Positions 41,927 through 54,400 of a DNA stretch of 64,000 nt are shown here, piece after piece. Origin of the DNA: Phoronis australis (Eukaryota > Animalia > Phoronida); contig NMRA01000424.1 of the NCBI GenBank assembly GCA_002633005.1, positions 72,815 to 136,814 of the forward strand, written 5' to 3'. The position numbers and the translations under genes are program-made. Numbering within the stretch: the first letter of the stretch is position 1; every line of letters starts with the position of its first letter. The notes beneath the pieces are model-generated. The model worked only from the letters and a program-made list of their open reading frames with translations. It was not told the DNA's origin and did no database searches.

Positions 41927-43043
41927 CATGCGCTTCGAATCCCTAAGTTTCTTGCATTTTTTCGGCAGATTTTTCAAATACTTCATCCAGACTGTTCACA
42001 TGGCGGATCACATCCTATATGTACATGTATGTACTTGCGCGTTAGGTTGCAAGTTATCTCTTGAAAAAGAAACAGTTTTAAAAGTAACGATTTATTTCTT
42101 GAAAAGAGGTAACAAAGATGAAAACAACGGCAACTCAGCAGTGAATTGTAACATGGAAATAGTTAAAAAAAACAATATTTGATATAATTTCCTAGGAATC
42201 GGCGCCTGAGTTGCAGACGATATACTGTTCAGCAATTGAAAACTGAGACATGAGTGTCTTATAATTAACAGTTTTGTTCCAGATTTTACGTTTAGGGCCT
42301 GGTTGCATATCGAGTGTTAGTTACACTGTTGCAACTGTATTACTTTAAACTATAATCGGAAAGTTTGATGATGGAACTGGCTGAAGACGTAGAGTCGACA
42401 TTGACCTACCTTTTGAACTTTCCATGTCAGAGGTCGCTGTTAAAGTAGTGTGGGAGGAGAATACGGAAAACTTTATTTCATGGCCGTATTTCCCTCGACA
42501 GATTCAATGCGCGTGGGATAAAAATAGGTTATACAACGCAAGTCTTTGTACCAGTGGTTATTATATCGAGATTCGTGATATGCAAAAGTATTTGAACGAG
42601 GGCGAAGTGCAATAAAAACCCGAACGACATCAGTAGGTAACCATTGCACTGTTGTGATGTAAAGACAACATCTCTATTTAGAGAGTTTGAAAGAACTGAA
42701 ATTAAACTCGTTAAAACGGATCAAAGTCGTGTCTTCAATAAATATTATTATTATTATATATATGTAAGTGTGTATACATTCAAATTTCCAAAATCTTTCT
42801 GAAAACCTTTTTTTAAAAAGTCCAAATAAGTTCCTAAATTTATAGCCAATACATCCAATTCATAGTCAGTTTACTAACTACTAAACATTTCATAATAAAA
42901 TTTTCAGTCCGCAGCAAGTAATACGCGTGTTCTCACATTTTGCTGGTCACGCGCGGTCATATAGTTTACAAATCTTCTCGCATTTATCCACAGTTAAAAC
43001 ATTTTGACAAATTCTCGGGTGTGTTTTCAGACGGTCGTGAAGG

Positions 43044-46000
43044 ATGAATGGTAAGCAACTAGTAACGAAGGAGGTTTGATGAATTCGATGTTCAATAGAA
43101 AACTTTTTAGAAGCAGTCCAATAAGTATTTCGAAATGTTGTGGATGAATGCTATACTACATGAATGACACTTTCCAACGCCCTTAACTCACATACCGTTC
43201 TCCTTTCAATAGAATCGAACGTAACATACACGTCAATAGAACTCGGCGCCATTTCGACAGTCACGAATATGAAAACAACACCAACGATGATGACAAAGTT
43301 GGGTGAGTGACGTCACGGGGAATAAACGATAAAATGGACAATTTGCTTAAAGGGATATAATTGATTTAACTCCGAAAAATGCATTTTAGGGATTAATTTG
43401 AATGGGACAGACTGCTGGAAGTTATTTGCTTGGATAACAGCAATAAATCAATAAAACACGTTGTTTTTTTTGTGATTCGGTTTCAAATCCGCAATTCTCG
43501 CCTTAGTCAGTCAAACATTCGTTGAAATCAAGGCCAATGACTTAACTGTGTTAAATACGCTTAAAATATCGAGTGTGGTTTAGCCCCACCAGTTAGACTG
43601 CGACTTCGGGGGTTGCGGGTTCAATTCTTCGCTGAAGCTCATCTCGGAACTCCACATTTCTAGCCAATAATGTCCATTTGCTGACCAACGTTTCTTACAC
43701 ATGTAAATAGAATATTTTAAAAGTTGAACAAGAAATCAACAAAATAATCGACACACGCTGACTGTATATTTAACAATAAAGGTATTAAAAGAAAATGATG
43801 ATCACTTTGAATGACGATGAACACTAAGTTTCCAGGGATGGTATAGCTTAACGAAGGGAACGCTTATGAAGGCAACAGGAACGTATGCGGAATTAAGGAG
43901 GTACAGAGGATTTGGGGTGGTAAGAATATAAAAACACGCCCGCAAAAGAAAATAGTAGGGATACTAGACTTGGTACAATATACTGCATTAAGTTACAAAC
44001 AACTGATTAAATGGTTGTCTAGCCTACATCAGGCTTAAATTTAACATTCTAAAGTTAAATCGAACGTCTGTCCCTTGCAAAGTAAGGTTGGCAAACCCCT
44101 AGTTACATTCTAGATCCGTCAGTGGGATAGCCCTGTGACAAAACTTCTATTGGTATGTCAATAATGCCAGTGTCTGTGACTACCAAACTTTACCAGATAC
44201 TCGACTTGAAATTTGACTAATTGCACCCCATACTTCAAGGGGTTGGTCCGTATATGAGTTGCGTCTTGAGCCTGAGTAAAGTAGCCTGAGATCCTCATCG
44301 AAACCGCAGCTTACACTTGTGATATTACTCGTGGTAATTGCATTTTAGGAAATAACCAAACACTTCCGTCTACCCAAGGGCAAGACGAGTTATCGACGCC
44401 ACTGTCAGCCATAGTTGGAACACTTTCCGCTGTTCTTGTATTTACGGCTTTCCTGGTTTTCTGGCGGGTGATGCGGAAACAGTCTGTGTTGGAAACGGAA
44501 GTGCTTCCTGATAAAGGGGAAATTGCATTATTTGAGCAGGTCACCCAGAGTTCACCAACCCCTATCTGGACAGTCGATGGTTTTATGCAACACGGACAGC
44601 TAAGATGCCGTTTGTTGGAAGCGTTGATTAACGAAGACGTTGGTAAGGTTGTCGACGTTGCAGTGCATTACGAAGAGTTTAGAGACGCACATAACTTACA
44701 GCACGTGACCGATCACGTCATTTGCGCAGCTCAAACATTTTTAGGTCCTTTGATAAGAGATTACCGCCTACTCCAAATGAAACTTTACAAAGCATCCACT
44801 TCTAATTCCCGGGAAGATATGCGTGATTTTTTGGTAACTTACTCACAGGTTCGTCGTAAGCACGGACTCGGCTCTTTGACCACATCAGAGGGTGCAGTTG
44901 ACGACTATACACTACCAAATAATACTGTTCATCTGAGTGAAATGAGCTTCAACGACACGCACAGTAGATTGGATCTTGCGGCTCGACGTAGTTTAACTGA
45001 CGTTCACAAGGCATGTTTCTACAAACGCCTCAGCCAAAATTTAGAATATGAACAATGCGTGCACAACAGCAGCAATGCGTCTATCTTTCGGAGCTATAGT
45101 GATGCGAAACTGGGAAATGAGGTACGAAGTTCTTGGTTGCGAAGGTTCAGGCCGCTAAGGGACCTGAAAGAAGTGAAAGAAAGTTTACTCTTGTATGAAA
45201 AACTATACAACAAATGCACCAAGAATAAAATAGCATTATGTGGAGACGAAAACAAATCTGGCGAACTGTACCCAATACATGAAAATAATAGTCAAACAAA
45301 ACACAAAAATATACCTGGAGTTGACATGTGCGTCAGTTCAACAGTGCATCTTGAAAACCAAGAAACTGGTTGGACGGGCATAAATGAGTCGGCTGCACCA
45401 AGCCAGGATGAGGAGGAGCGCGAGCGCGTCTGCCGCGAGCTCGAGAAGTTGCAGAAAGAAGTGGAGGAGGCAGTTAAGAGTGGAGTCGATTACAGAATCA
45501 GAATGGCCACCAGACAATACAGACAGTTATGCAGAAACGCCAATTTGTGTGCGCCTGAAGTTGAGTTTCTTGCACAACCTGAAACAACGTTCGACATTGA
45601 ACCCTTGCGAATTACTTTGACTACGGCTACGCAGGAGCAAGATCTGAAAACTTTAGAGGAGGTTACAGCTAGAATATGTCAGAAAAATTTGCAAGCTTTG
45701 ATGGGACCATCTTTCATACAGGCCGTAAAACTGCAAGAAAGTCTTGAAACTGTGAAGTGCTTGACAACTGCTGTTTTGAATCTGGACCGGGAGACAATGA
45801 TGACGATGCGACGTTACGACCACCCTCCAAAAGTCGTTCATGACGTAGTAATGGCAATTCTCCTCGTGCTCGGCGACCCCGAAAGTGAAACGTGCGACTG
45901 GACCTCGTGCCAAAAACGATGCACCACGCTGCGCACACGCGACAGTCCAGGGCTGATGAAGAGAGTTTGTGAGTTTGATATCAGAAAGCTATCACCTGAC

Positions 46001-49000
46001 GTTGCCAGGCGTGCATTAGACATAGTTCAGGATTTTTGCGAGGAGGAGGCGAATGTCGTAAACATTGGTGCAGCCGTTTTGTATTCGTGGGTTCGAGTGG
46101 TTTGCGAACATTGCCTTGCATGGTCTGAACCTACATTTGACTCCCCAGTATCTTCTAAAAAGCGCACGAAGAGAAAGCGCAGTAGGGATCACGTTATTCA
46201 AGAAGAACTCAAGTTAAAAACTGCTTTAAGAGAGTCATTGGAAAAGAAGGACGTAAGAGAAATCAAAAGTCGGTTATCCAAGTACATAATGTACTTTGAA
46301 AAAAGGAAGGTCTGTGTAACTAGGGATAACGATTTAATCACAAGGGCTCGCCAGGCCATGTTTGAGCTGAAGGAGAATACGTTTTTGGAAATCATGAATG
46401 AAGAAATAATAGACTCTCTTAAAAAAGCCATTGCTGACAAGAATCCAAAATTAATAAAACAGGAGCTAGAAACTTATGAGATGTTTTGTGCGGCTGAAAG
46501 TGGCAAAATTACTATAAACCACAATCTAGTAGCAGACGCGAGGCTTTGTGTGGAAGAACACGACATACTCAACGACCTCATTACAGCAACGGAAAGTAAG
46601 GAATGTTGCTCGCTGAAAGAGAGTCTGCAACGGTACGAAACCTTTTGCCATCAAAACAGTGAGAGGATTGTTGCCGATGAACGGCTCATAAATGAGATTA
46701 AAATTTGCATTGAGCAAAAGGAGGTTGTGGATTCTCTCAAAGTCTCCCTTGATAAGAAACAATCTGATTTACGAGAAAGGTTGGAGTATTATACAGCTTT
46801 CTGTCAACGGAATGCACACAACGTTGTCGCCGAGAAGAACTTGATCGATAAAGCGAAGCTACATTTAGAGCAAATGGACATTTCTGATTGTTTAAGGCAA
46901 GCAATTCAAGAACGAAACTATGCTAAAATAGAACTACACCTACGAACTTACGAAATCCTTTGTCAGGAAAACGTGTCCCACTTGTCACTTGATGAACAGC
47001 TGGTATGTGAGGCAAGAAACACTTTAAAGGAAGTAGAGATCATGAACGCTCTAGCACAGGCGGTGGAAAGCAAAAACATCAATAAAATACAAACTCTTCT
47101 TGAGAACCATGAGAGTCATTGTCGGGCATGTAAGACTGTACGTGCTGGTGAAGACACATTAATTAACAAAGCAGGTGCATTCTTGGAAGAAAACCGACTA
47201 CTGGACACTCTCCGACAATCAGTTGAGAAACGACACTATTTCGAGGTGATAGATTATCTGTCTCGCTATCGGGAATTTTGTGCGAGAAATAAAGAGGATA
47301 TAGACATCGATGAAGACTTGATTGAAAGAAGCAAAGCATGTTTGGCGGAAGCTGGGGTGATTGAGACACTTAAGCTCGCGGTGTACAAGAAAGACCACTT
47401 TGCCATACAAGAAGAGATGGCGAAATACAGATTGTTTTGCAACGCTCGAGAAGACACGTTCTGTGCAAACGCTGAGCTATTAAACGAAGCGCAGGCTGTT
47501 TTGGAACAAAAGGAACTACAGGAGGCACTGGTGGCAGAGGGGGATACATTAAGAGAAAATCTTAAGCACGCGATCGAGCACGAAGGTAGCTTGGCAATCA
47601 AGGAATCTCTTTTTCATTACAAGTCATTCTGCATGGGTAATCAACACAATGTGGAGCTGGACGAGGAAATAGTTGCAGACGCGTGGGCTAAAATTGACGG
47701 TGAAGAGCTGAAGGAGCAAGTAAAGGCTGAAGAGAACTCCTTGAAGCACAGACTCTTGAAAGCAGTACAAACGAAAGCACATGTCGGCGTGTCACAGGTT
47801 TTATCGAGATACGAATGCCTGTGCAAGAAGCACAACGACATTCTACGTCCAGACAAGCGGCTGGTGCGAAAAGCCATGAAATGCCTAAAAGAGGAAACAG
47901 GGGCATTCATTAAAAACCAGGTGGCCGATTGCGAGAACAGACTGCGTGAAGGCATCACAGATAATGATTATATAGGTGTCTCTGACGCCTTGGAACAGTA
48001 CGACCTCATCTCTAAGACTTATGAAGGAACGATTACTGTTGACGAAGCACTGTTGGCCACGGCTAAAGATCTGCTTCAAAAACAAGACAAAATCAAAGCA
48101 ATTGAAAACATGAACGTCCGCTTAAGGGATAAGCTTGGCAAAAGGAAAAAAGGAGTTCAAAGACTTGAAGGGGTACGAACAGCTTTACGTGAGTACGAAA
48201 GTGCCCTGAAAGAACACCCCGGTCTAGTCTCTACTGATGACATTCTTCTAAGGCGCGCCTATTCTTTTTTGGAAAAGTTTGAGCCTGTAGAACTGAAAAT
48301 TTATTTGGCAAAGGCACTGAAATCTTCTGATGAAAGTGAAGTCCGAAGAACATTTGATAGGTATGAGAAGTTTTCGGAAGAGCACGACAGTGTTGATGCT
48401 ACCATTGAAGACTTGGCGAAACAAGCGAAACGACTCCTCGACCAGTTTGATCGAGAACACTTGGCAGAACATCAGCAGAAAGAGCGTATTCTTAAAGATC
48501 ATTTAAAGCAAGCTATCGTTTCTCAACATGTACAAGACATATTGGTAGCTTTAGCGGACTACAAAACACTATCAACTAAGGTGCCTGAAGTAGAGGATCG
48601 CTGCATTATCGAAGAGGCCAGTGCGACTATTGAAGTACTCGAGAAAACAAAAGCTTTGGAAGAGCTTCAAAGAGACTTGGACGACACAGGAAGAGAATTA
48701 GAAAAGGCAGCAACGTCAAACGACATGCTGCTGGTAGAACCGTTTTTGATGAGGTACAAACGTTTGGCCAGTACGGGTGGGGAAGACCTGAAAACTGATC
48801 ATCAATTGATAGCTAAATGTGAAATGATCGTCAACAAACTGAAGCCAGCTGTTACACACTGCAACAACAACAACAACAACAACAACAGCAACACCACCAA
48901 ACAGGATCTCACTGACGCACTGAGGAAAGTGAACAGCTCCTTGATCGATGAGGTGATTACTGAGGCTTATCATAATTACATAACCATTGGTGAAGAAAAT

Positions 49001-49543
49001 GCAGCTGCCAAGTCTTTTGGGGAAACGCCAACGTGTCTGAAGGTTGCTAGAAGTCTTCGCCGTATGGTAGATGCGTTAAGATTTGGGAATTTGAAACTAT
49101 TAAAGGACGTCTTGCACCAGATTAAAGTTGGAGGCGAACTTCGTGAAGGACTAAAGGATGGGGTCATGGTAACTAGTAAGTGCTGTACAGATTTGAACAA
49201 AATTAAGCAGCTGACAAAGGAACTCCAGTCCTTAAAAGTATTGGGGCTATTCGAAGAAGGGGAGAAAACAGAGATCACTTGCAACATCGTTAAAGCAATG
49301 TACGTTGTACTGGGTGAAAAGGCCAACGGTGTGGGTGAAGAGATTCCAAGCGATCTTTTGGAAAGAGTTAAGACTTTCGACTTAAAAACTATTGATACAG
49401 TCATTGCCACAAAAGCGCTTGCTTGTTTTGGTTGCTTTTCTGTGGAGCAGAGTTCTGCGTGTAACAAACCGATGGAAACATTATATAAATGGATCGATGT
49501 CACGTGTAATTGTTGTATGGTTGCTGAAGAATTTCTCTCTTAA
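43044..49543 (+). CDS. Uncharacterised ~1763-aa type III single-pass membrane protein with ~53-aa helical repeats and two dynein-MTBD-like domains
   Basis: Exons 43044-43050 (ATG AAT G|gtaagc), 43213-43302 (tcaatag| ... |gtgagt) and 44349-49543 (ttttag|), all phase 1. N-terminus MNESNVT...GNNQT has three N-glycosylation sequons and is S/T-rich, followed by TM SAIVGTLSAVLVFTAFLVFW-RVMRK and a 5.2-kb uninterrupted ORF. The big exon is certain; the two small exons are inferred. Confidence 0.85.
48862..48891 (+). repeat. (CAA)n coding microsatellite giving poly-Asn
   Basis: caacaacaa... encodes CNNNNNNNNSN. Confidence 0.9.
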
Positions 49544-50168
49544 CATAAAAGGTAGTGCTAATAACAAAATGACCCAATCGTTCATTTATAGAACAGGGTA
49601 GAAGTCTTCTTGGCATAGAGTCAGAATGGGTTGCTACGATTTAGCGACACGTGTCCAATACCAGCTGAACAAAAACGAAATCTCGTTCATGCAGTTTACT
49701 TTCGTCAAAATCATTGCGATAAAACGCCTAAAATTCATTCTAAACTGTATTTGTATCATCAAAACGAATCTTTGGTCCTTGTAATAAACTACCAATGCCG
49801 CGGGTGCTAGCAATGATCTCGGCAACATTTTAAGTGCTGTGACCGAAAAAAATTTGAAACAATTGCGAATCCAATGCAAATTATCTCAACTTAAACTCTG
49901 CTCAACGCATGCATATGCTATTACATTCCATTCGCATTTCGACTACCTCTAAAAAGCACTGGTTCCGATATAAATGTCTAGCGTTTTTGAACAACGTTTT
50001 ATCATTAAAAAGAAGCAGAGTTCCAGTGGTACTGAATGACACTAAACAAAGGCATTTAGGACGAAAGAAAGAAACACCTATACAAAAAAATTAGGCCTGG
50101 GATACTAGGTGCTACGCGACCTGCGTATAATGCCGGGGACATCGCAGAATGAAAGGTCCTTTCAAACG

Positions 50169-50308
50169 CATCGGCGCATCCAGGATTTTAAGTTAGGGGG
50201 GCAGGATTTTGCCCGTCGGACATTCGCTGTCAAATGGAATCTGTGAGAATCATGATTTTAGGGAGGGCATAACCTCTTTGGCCCTCTCCGAGTCTAAATC
50301 CGCCACTG
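50169..50308. mobile_element. MITE, same family as 20650-20819
   Basis: Shared caggatttt..gcccgtc.gacattcgc..aaatggaatctgtg..ccgccactg; flanks AAACG / CAACG. Confidence 0.7.
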
Positions 50309-51462
50309 CAACGAATAGCTAAATTTCCAATTGAAATTTACACAATAAACGTGAATGACCGCCGACGGCAGCAACATTTCATTTTCAACCTTCTCTAGCT
50401 TGACCATTCTGTCATTTCCCGAGGTTTCATGTACCTCATGCGTGCGGTATGATCGCTACGCAGCCTGTGCGAATATAACATACTGTACGATCATGAGTAG
50501 AGGGGTAGAATTAGGAGTCGGGATGAGTTCCGTAGACTCAACATTCTCGCTATGGAAGCTTAGTGTGATCCAGTGCTTCGCATGGCGATGTCTCTCGAAG
50601 TCACGTGTTCATGAGTTTTCGCAAGATTCTCGCCTCAGCGGAACGCCTCGACGATTCACGTAATGTCAACACCGCCAAATGCGACCTGGCAAATTTCCAT
50701 GTCAGTAGCCAAACGGGAAATGCACAAGGTCGCCAAGACGTGTGGTATGCGGAGGCACAGACTATGGCTATACACCATAGTGAAAATGAGGATACGAAAC
50801 ATCCCAATTGAAAAAACGGCCGGAAACCCGAAATCAACCGAAGGGCATTATCGATGCATACTAGTCACGAATGGTACCACCCGGTTTTAGCTGTTTAGTT
50901 CCGACTACCTTCTTTAGTAGTAGGGCGCGCTCGGATGTGTGCGTGGCGACTTATGATTTTTACCAGGTGGCCAACCAAAATCTTGAGATTGCATTGGCGA
51001 CCTGCTGGTTGCTAAACCGAGGGTTGTTACTTGCAGTTCTTGGGAAAGTAGGATTTTTACCTTAAAAGTACACCACCGCGTGAGCTTAAACATCACCCAA
51101 CATTGTTTATGCTCGCCACAATCTGGGAAGCATGGGTCACGCAGCACTCTTGAAACTGAATATTTAAGACCACCTACCTTTGTCAAAGTCAATTTTCTGC
51201 ATTAAAACTAGACGATTTCGTTCAAAAATCAAAACTGAAAAGGCCTAAAATCTATTTCCAACAAACGACTCCAAACCAATGGTAAACACCTCAACTCGGG
51301 CTAAAAAGATTTAGTTGGTTCTGCTCTGTACTACGAATCAGTTAGAGACCTGTGGTCACAGGCAAAAATGCCCGCTTCCATCACTTACAGTCAGAATGTC
51401 CTGTTGTTTGTTTGAAACCCACTTAAAGTTACGTAAGCAAAACGAAGCGAGGTTTGAAACGT

Positions 51463-54400
51463 CACGATTTGCTAAGCGATGAGTAAAGAAAATGCCGCAT
51501 CACTTTTGTTCTACTCGGGACGGTTTCTTTGAGAAGGTTACCAACCAGAAAAGAATCACACCACTGAGACGAAAACAAAGTAGGTTTTTAACTCAAAATC
51601 CCAAGTTTTTGCACGTCTTTGCGTCCCTTGCAAGCGGTGCCTGTTACTAATTATTATACTCATGCGCGCACACCCAGCCTTTAATATGGGGGAGGACACG
51701 AATCTCTGACAAAGTGGACCTTTTGCCTTTTGCTAACAAAAAAGCGGGAGGACTAAAAAAAAAAAACGGGGAACCACCTTCAGGTCTGTGAACTGTGCGA
51801 CTGCGCCTTTTTAGTGGACTTTCGTCTCGTTTTCTCGGAATTGTGTTTCTCAGGGGCGGACCTTTTTACCCACTTCGCCAAATGGGGGGCTCGTTCGAGC
51901 CCCCCTGGGTGCGCGCATGATACCGGGTACGAAATCAGGGAGCTGCGACGTTCCGTGACTCACAGATCAGAAGACAAGCTACAGTATTTACGAGTTCGGC
52001 CCCCAGTACGTACACCCCCAAACGCTACCTTTGACTGAGACTAGGTTTCTCAAACCTTATCATCACGAGGCCTTTTGTGTTTGAAAAATCAAATAACCAA
52101 TACTACAAGTCGACAGCAATTCGCTGTACGACTTTCTCCGCACAGTTTGATCGACAAATACAACAATATCAACAATTAAATATTTATTCCACGACAGACA
52201 CCACAAGTATCGGTCAAACTGAGTAAACAAACATTTACTATATTTTGTAGCCCAAAATCAACTGAATATCTGAATATAATTATACTCCTAATTATTCAAA
52301 GATTGGAACCCATTTTGTAAAACAATGACAATTCAATCAACCAGCGATGACGCAAAAATGACGCTACGAGGCCGTGAAAAACTACTAGCGACTGTCCCGA
52401 GCCGCGCGCGTGGGTGGCGTCGTCTGCTCTTATTCGCAACACGAGATTGGTGCCCCATTATTACACAAATCTCATGAAACCTGGATTGTTGTCATACTGG
52501 GTGGCGAGGGACCAACCATGCTAAAATAATCAAGGTACTAACCTTTGCAGCTAAGGAATACGACATTGCACGAAAATACAGTCCGCTTCATACTTTAGAA
52601 ACTCCTTTGCTATACTTAATTGACTTCCGCGCTTCACCAGATACGTTCACATGGGCTAAGATATCTGATTGAGTCTTGATGATGACTTCCGGCTTATAGA
52701 CCAATCAGATGTCTTAGCTCCTTGACCGAAAAGAAAGCGTCGAATTCAATGAAGAGCAGCCAATATATGTTCAACATGTGGCAAATTGCATTCCTTCGCC
52801 ACCTGTTGTACAACAAGAATTACTGCAACATGTGGCATGTAATCTGTACCATAATCTCGACATAGCTTTTTCATTGCAGCAAAATAAACTTCCATTAAGC
52901 TTGGATAACAATCAAACATTTCAGTTTCCACAATCACTTAATTCTAATGTATTCCACAACAGAACCGTCCATTAAAGTGCCCGTGAACACATGGTTTACC
53001 CGATCAGGCCTCGACGAGAAACTATAGCCAAGATCCTTCGTCTTACTGGAAACCTTTGCGCCTCAAAATGGTCATTTCAATTTTCCAAAACAGAAAAAAC
53101 GAAGACTAATTAGAGTCAGGGATACGAGAATGGTGCCACAAGATTCATATGGTTTTGGCTGTAGTCTGATCATAGGCTGCTCTCCTTCATTCTGTTACCA
53201 AGAAGCCATAATAGCTTGCACATCTCAGTGAATAGTTGTACCTATGTGACTACACTAAGCTGGGTCCAGCCTTAAATGAACAGGAGGTCCAAGTAAAGCG
53301 AGAGGTTTTTCAGATTCCTATTTCACAACGAAGGAGTAAAAAACCAGTAAGAAACTTTTGTGCTGTCGCCTAAGCAAAAAGCAGCCTTGCCATGTATTTT
53401 GTGTCCCGCTTAAGCTGAAAAGGGATGTATTGACGCTCTAGACCCCTCCTCTATGTTACAGGTTGATCGGTCACCACCTTGATTTTGCAGAAAAACGGCG
53501 GTCGTGGGCACTCATACCCTTAGGCATACCAGTCCACTGTGGAGCATTCACCATTGTGCACTACAGTGTACTTAACAGTAGCTTTGCTTAGAACTATGAA
53601 TCACGTGCACCGGTAAGCTGCGCGTGACCAATTCAACAAAATTTCACTTACTACTGATGGCTCCATCAGAAAATTTTAAGAGATTCCCGCCATGTTATGC
53701 ATTCTGGAGGCCTGCACGAAGAGTTTTCAGTTAACATGAGTAGCGTATCTTTCAAACCATGAAAATTTATCTAGTTCATAGAAGATAAGTTGAAAATNCA
53801 CGATTTGCTAAGCGATGAGTAAAGAAAATGCCGCATCACTTTTGTTCTACTCGGGACGGTTTCTTTGAGAAGGTTACCAACCAGAAAAGAATCACACCAC
53901 TGAGACGAAAACAAAGTAGGTTTTTAACTCAAAATCCCAAGTTTTTGCACGTCTTTGCGTCCCTTGCAAGCGGTGCCTGTTACTAATTATTATACTCATG
54001 CGCGCACACCCAGCCTTTAATATGGGGGAGGACACGAATCTCTGACAAAGTGGACCTTTTGCCTTTTGCTAACAAAAAAGCGGGAGGACTAAAAAAAAAA
54101 AACGGGGAACCACCTTCAGGTCTGTGAACTGTGCGACTGCGCCTTTTTAGTGGACTTTCGTCTCGTTTTCTCGGAATTGTGTTTCTCAGGGGCGGACCTT
54201 TTTACCCACTTCGCCAAATGGGGGGCTCGTTCGAGCCCCCCTGGGTGCGCGCATGATACCGGGTACGAAATCAGGGAGCTGCGACGTTCCGTGACTCACA
54301 GATCAGAAGACAAGCTACAGTATTTACGAGTTCGGCCCCCAGTACGTACACCCCCAAACGCTACCTTTGATTGAGACTAGGTTTCTCAAACCTTATCATC

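Noticed and set aside
45384-49503. Numerous antisense and alternate-frame ORFs within the big exon
   Set aside because: Shadow ORFs of the long coding exon with no independent evidence.
44468-49543. Calling the big ORF a dynein heavy chain or a transposon ORF
   Set aside because: No AAA/Walker motifs and no RT or transposase motifs; only MTBD-like segments are present. The in-frame TM and splice acceptor upstream show it is a terminal exon, not a GTG-start ORF.
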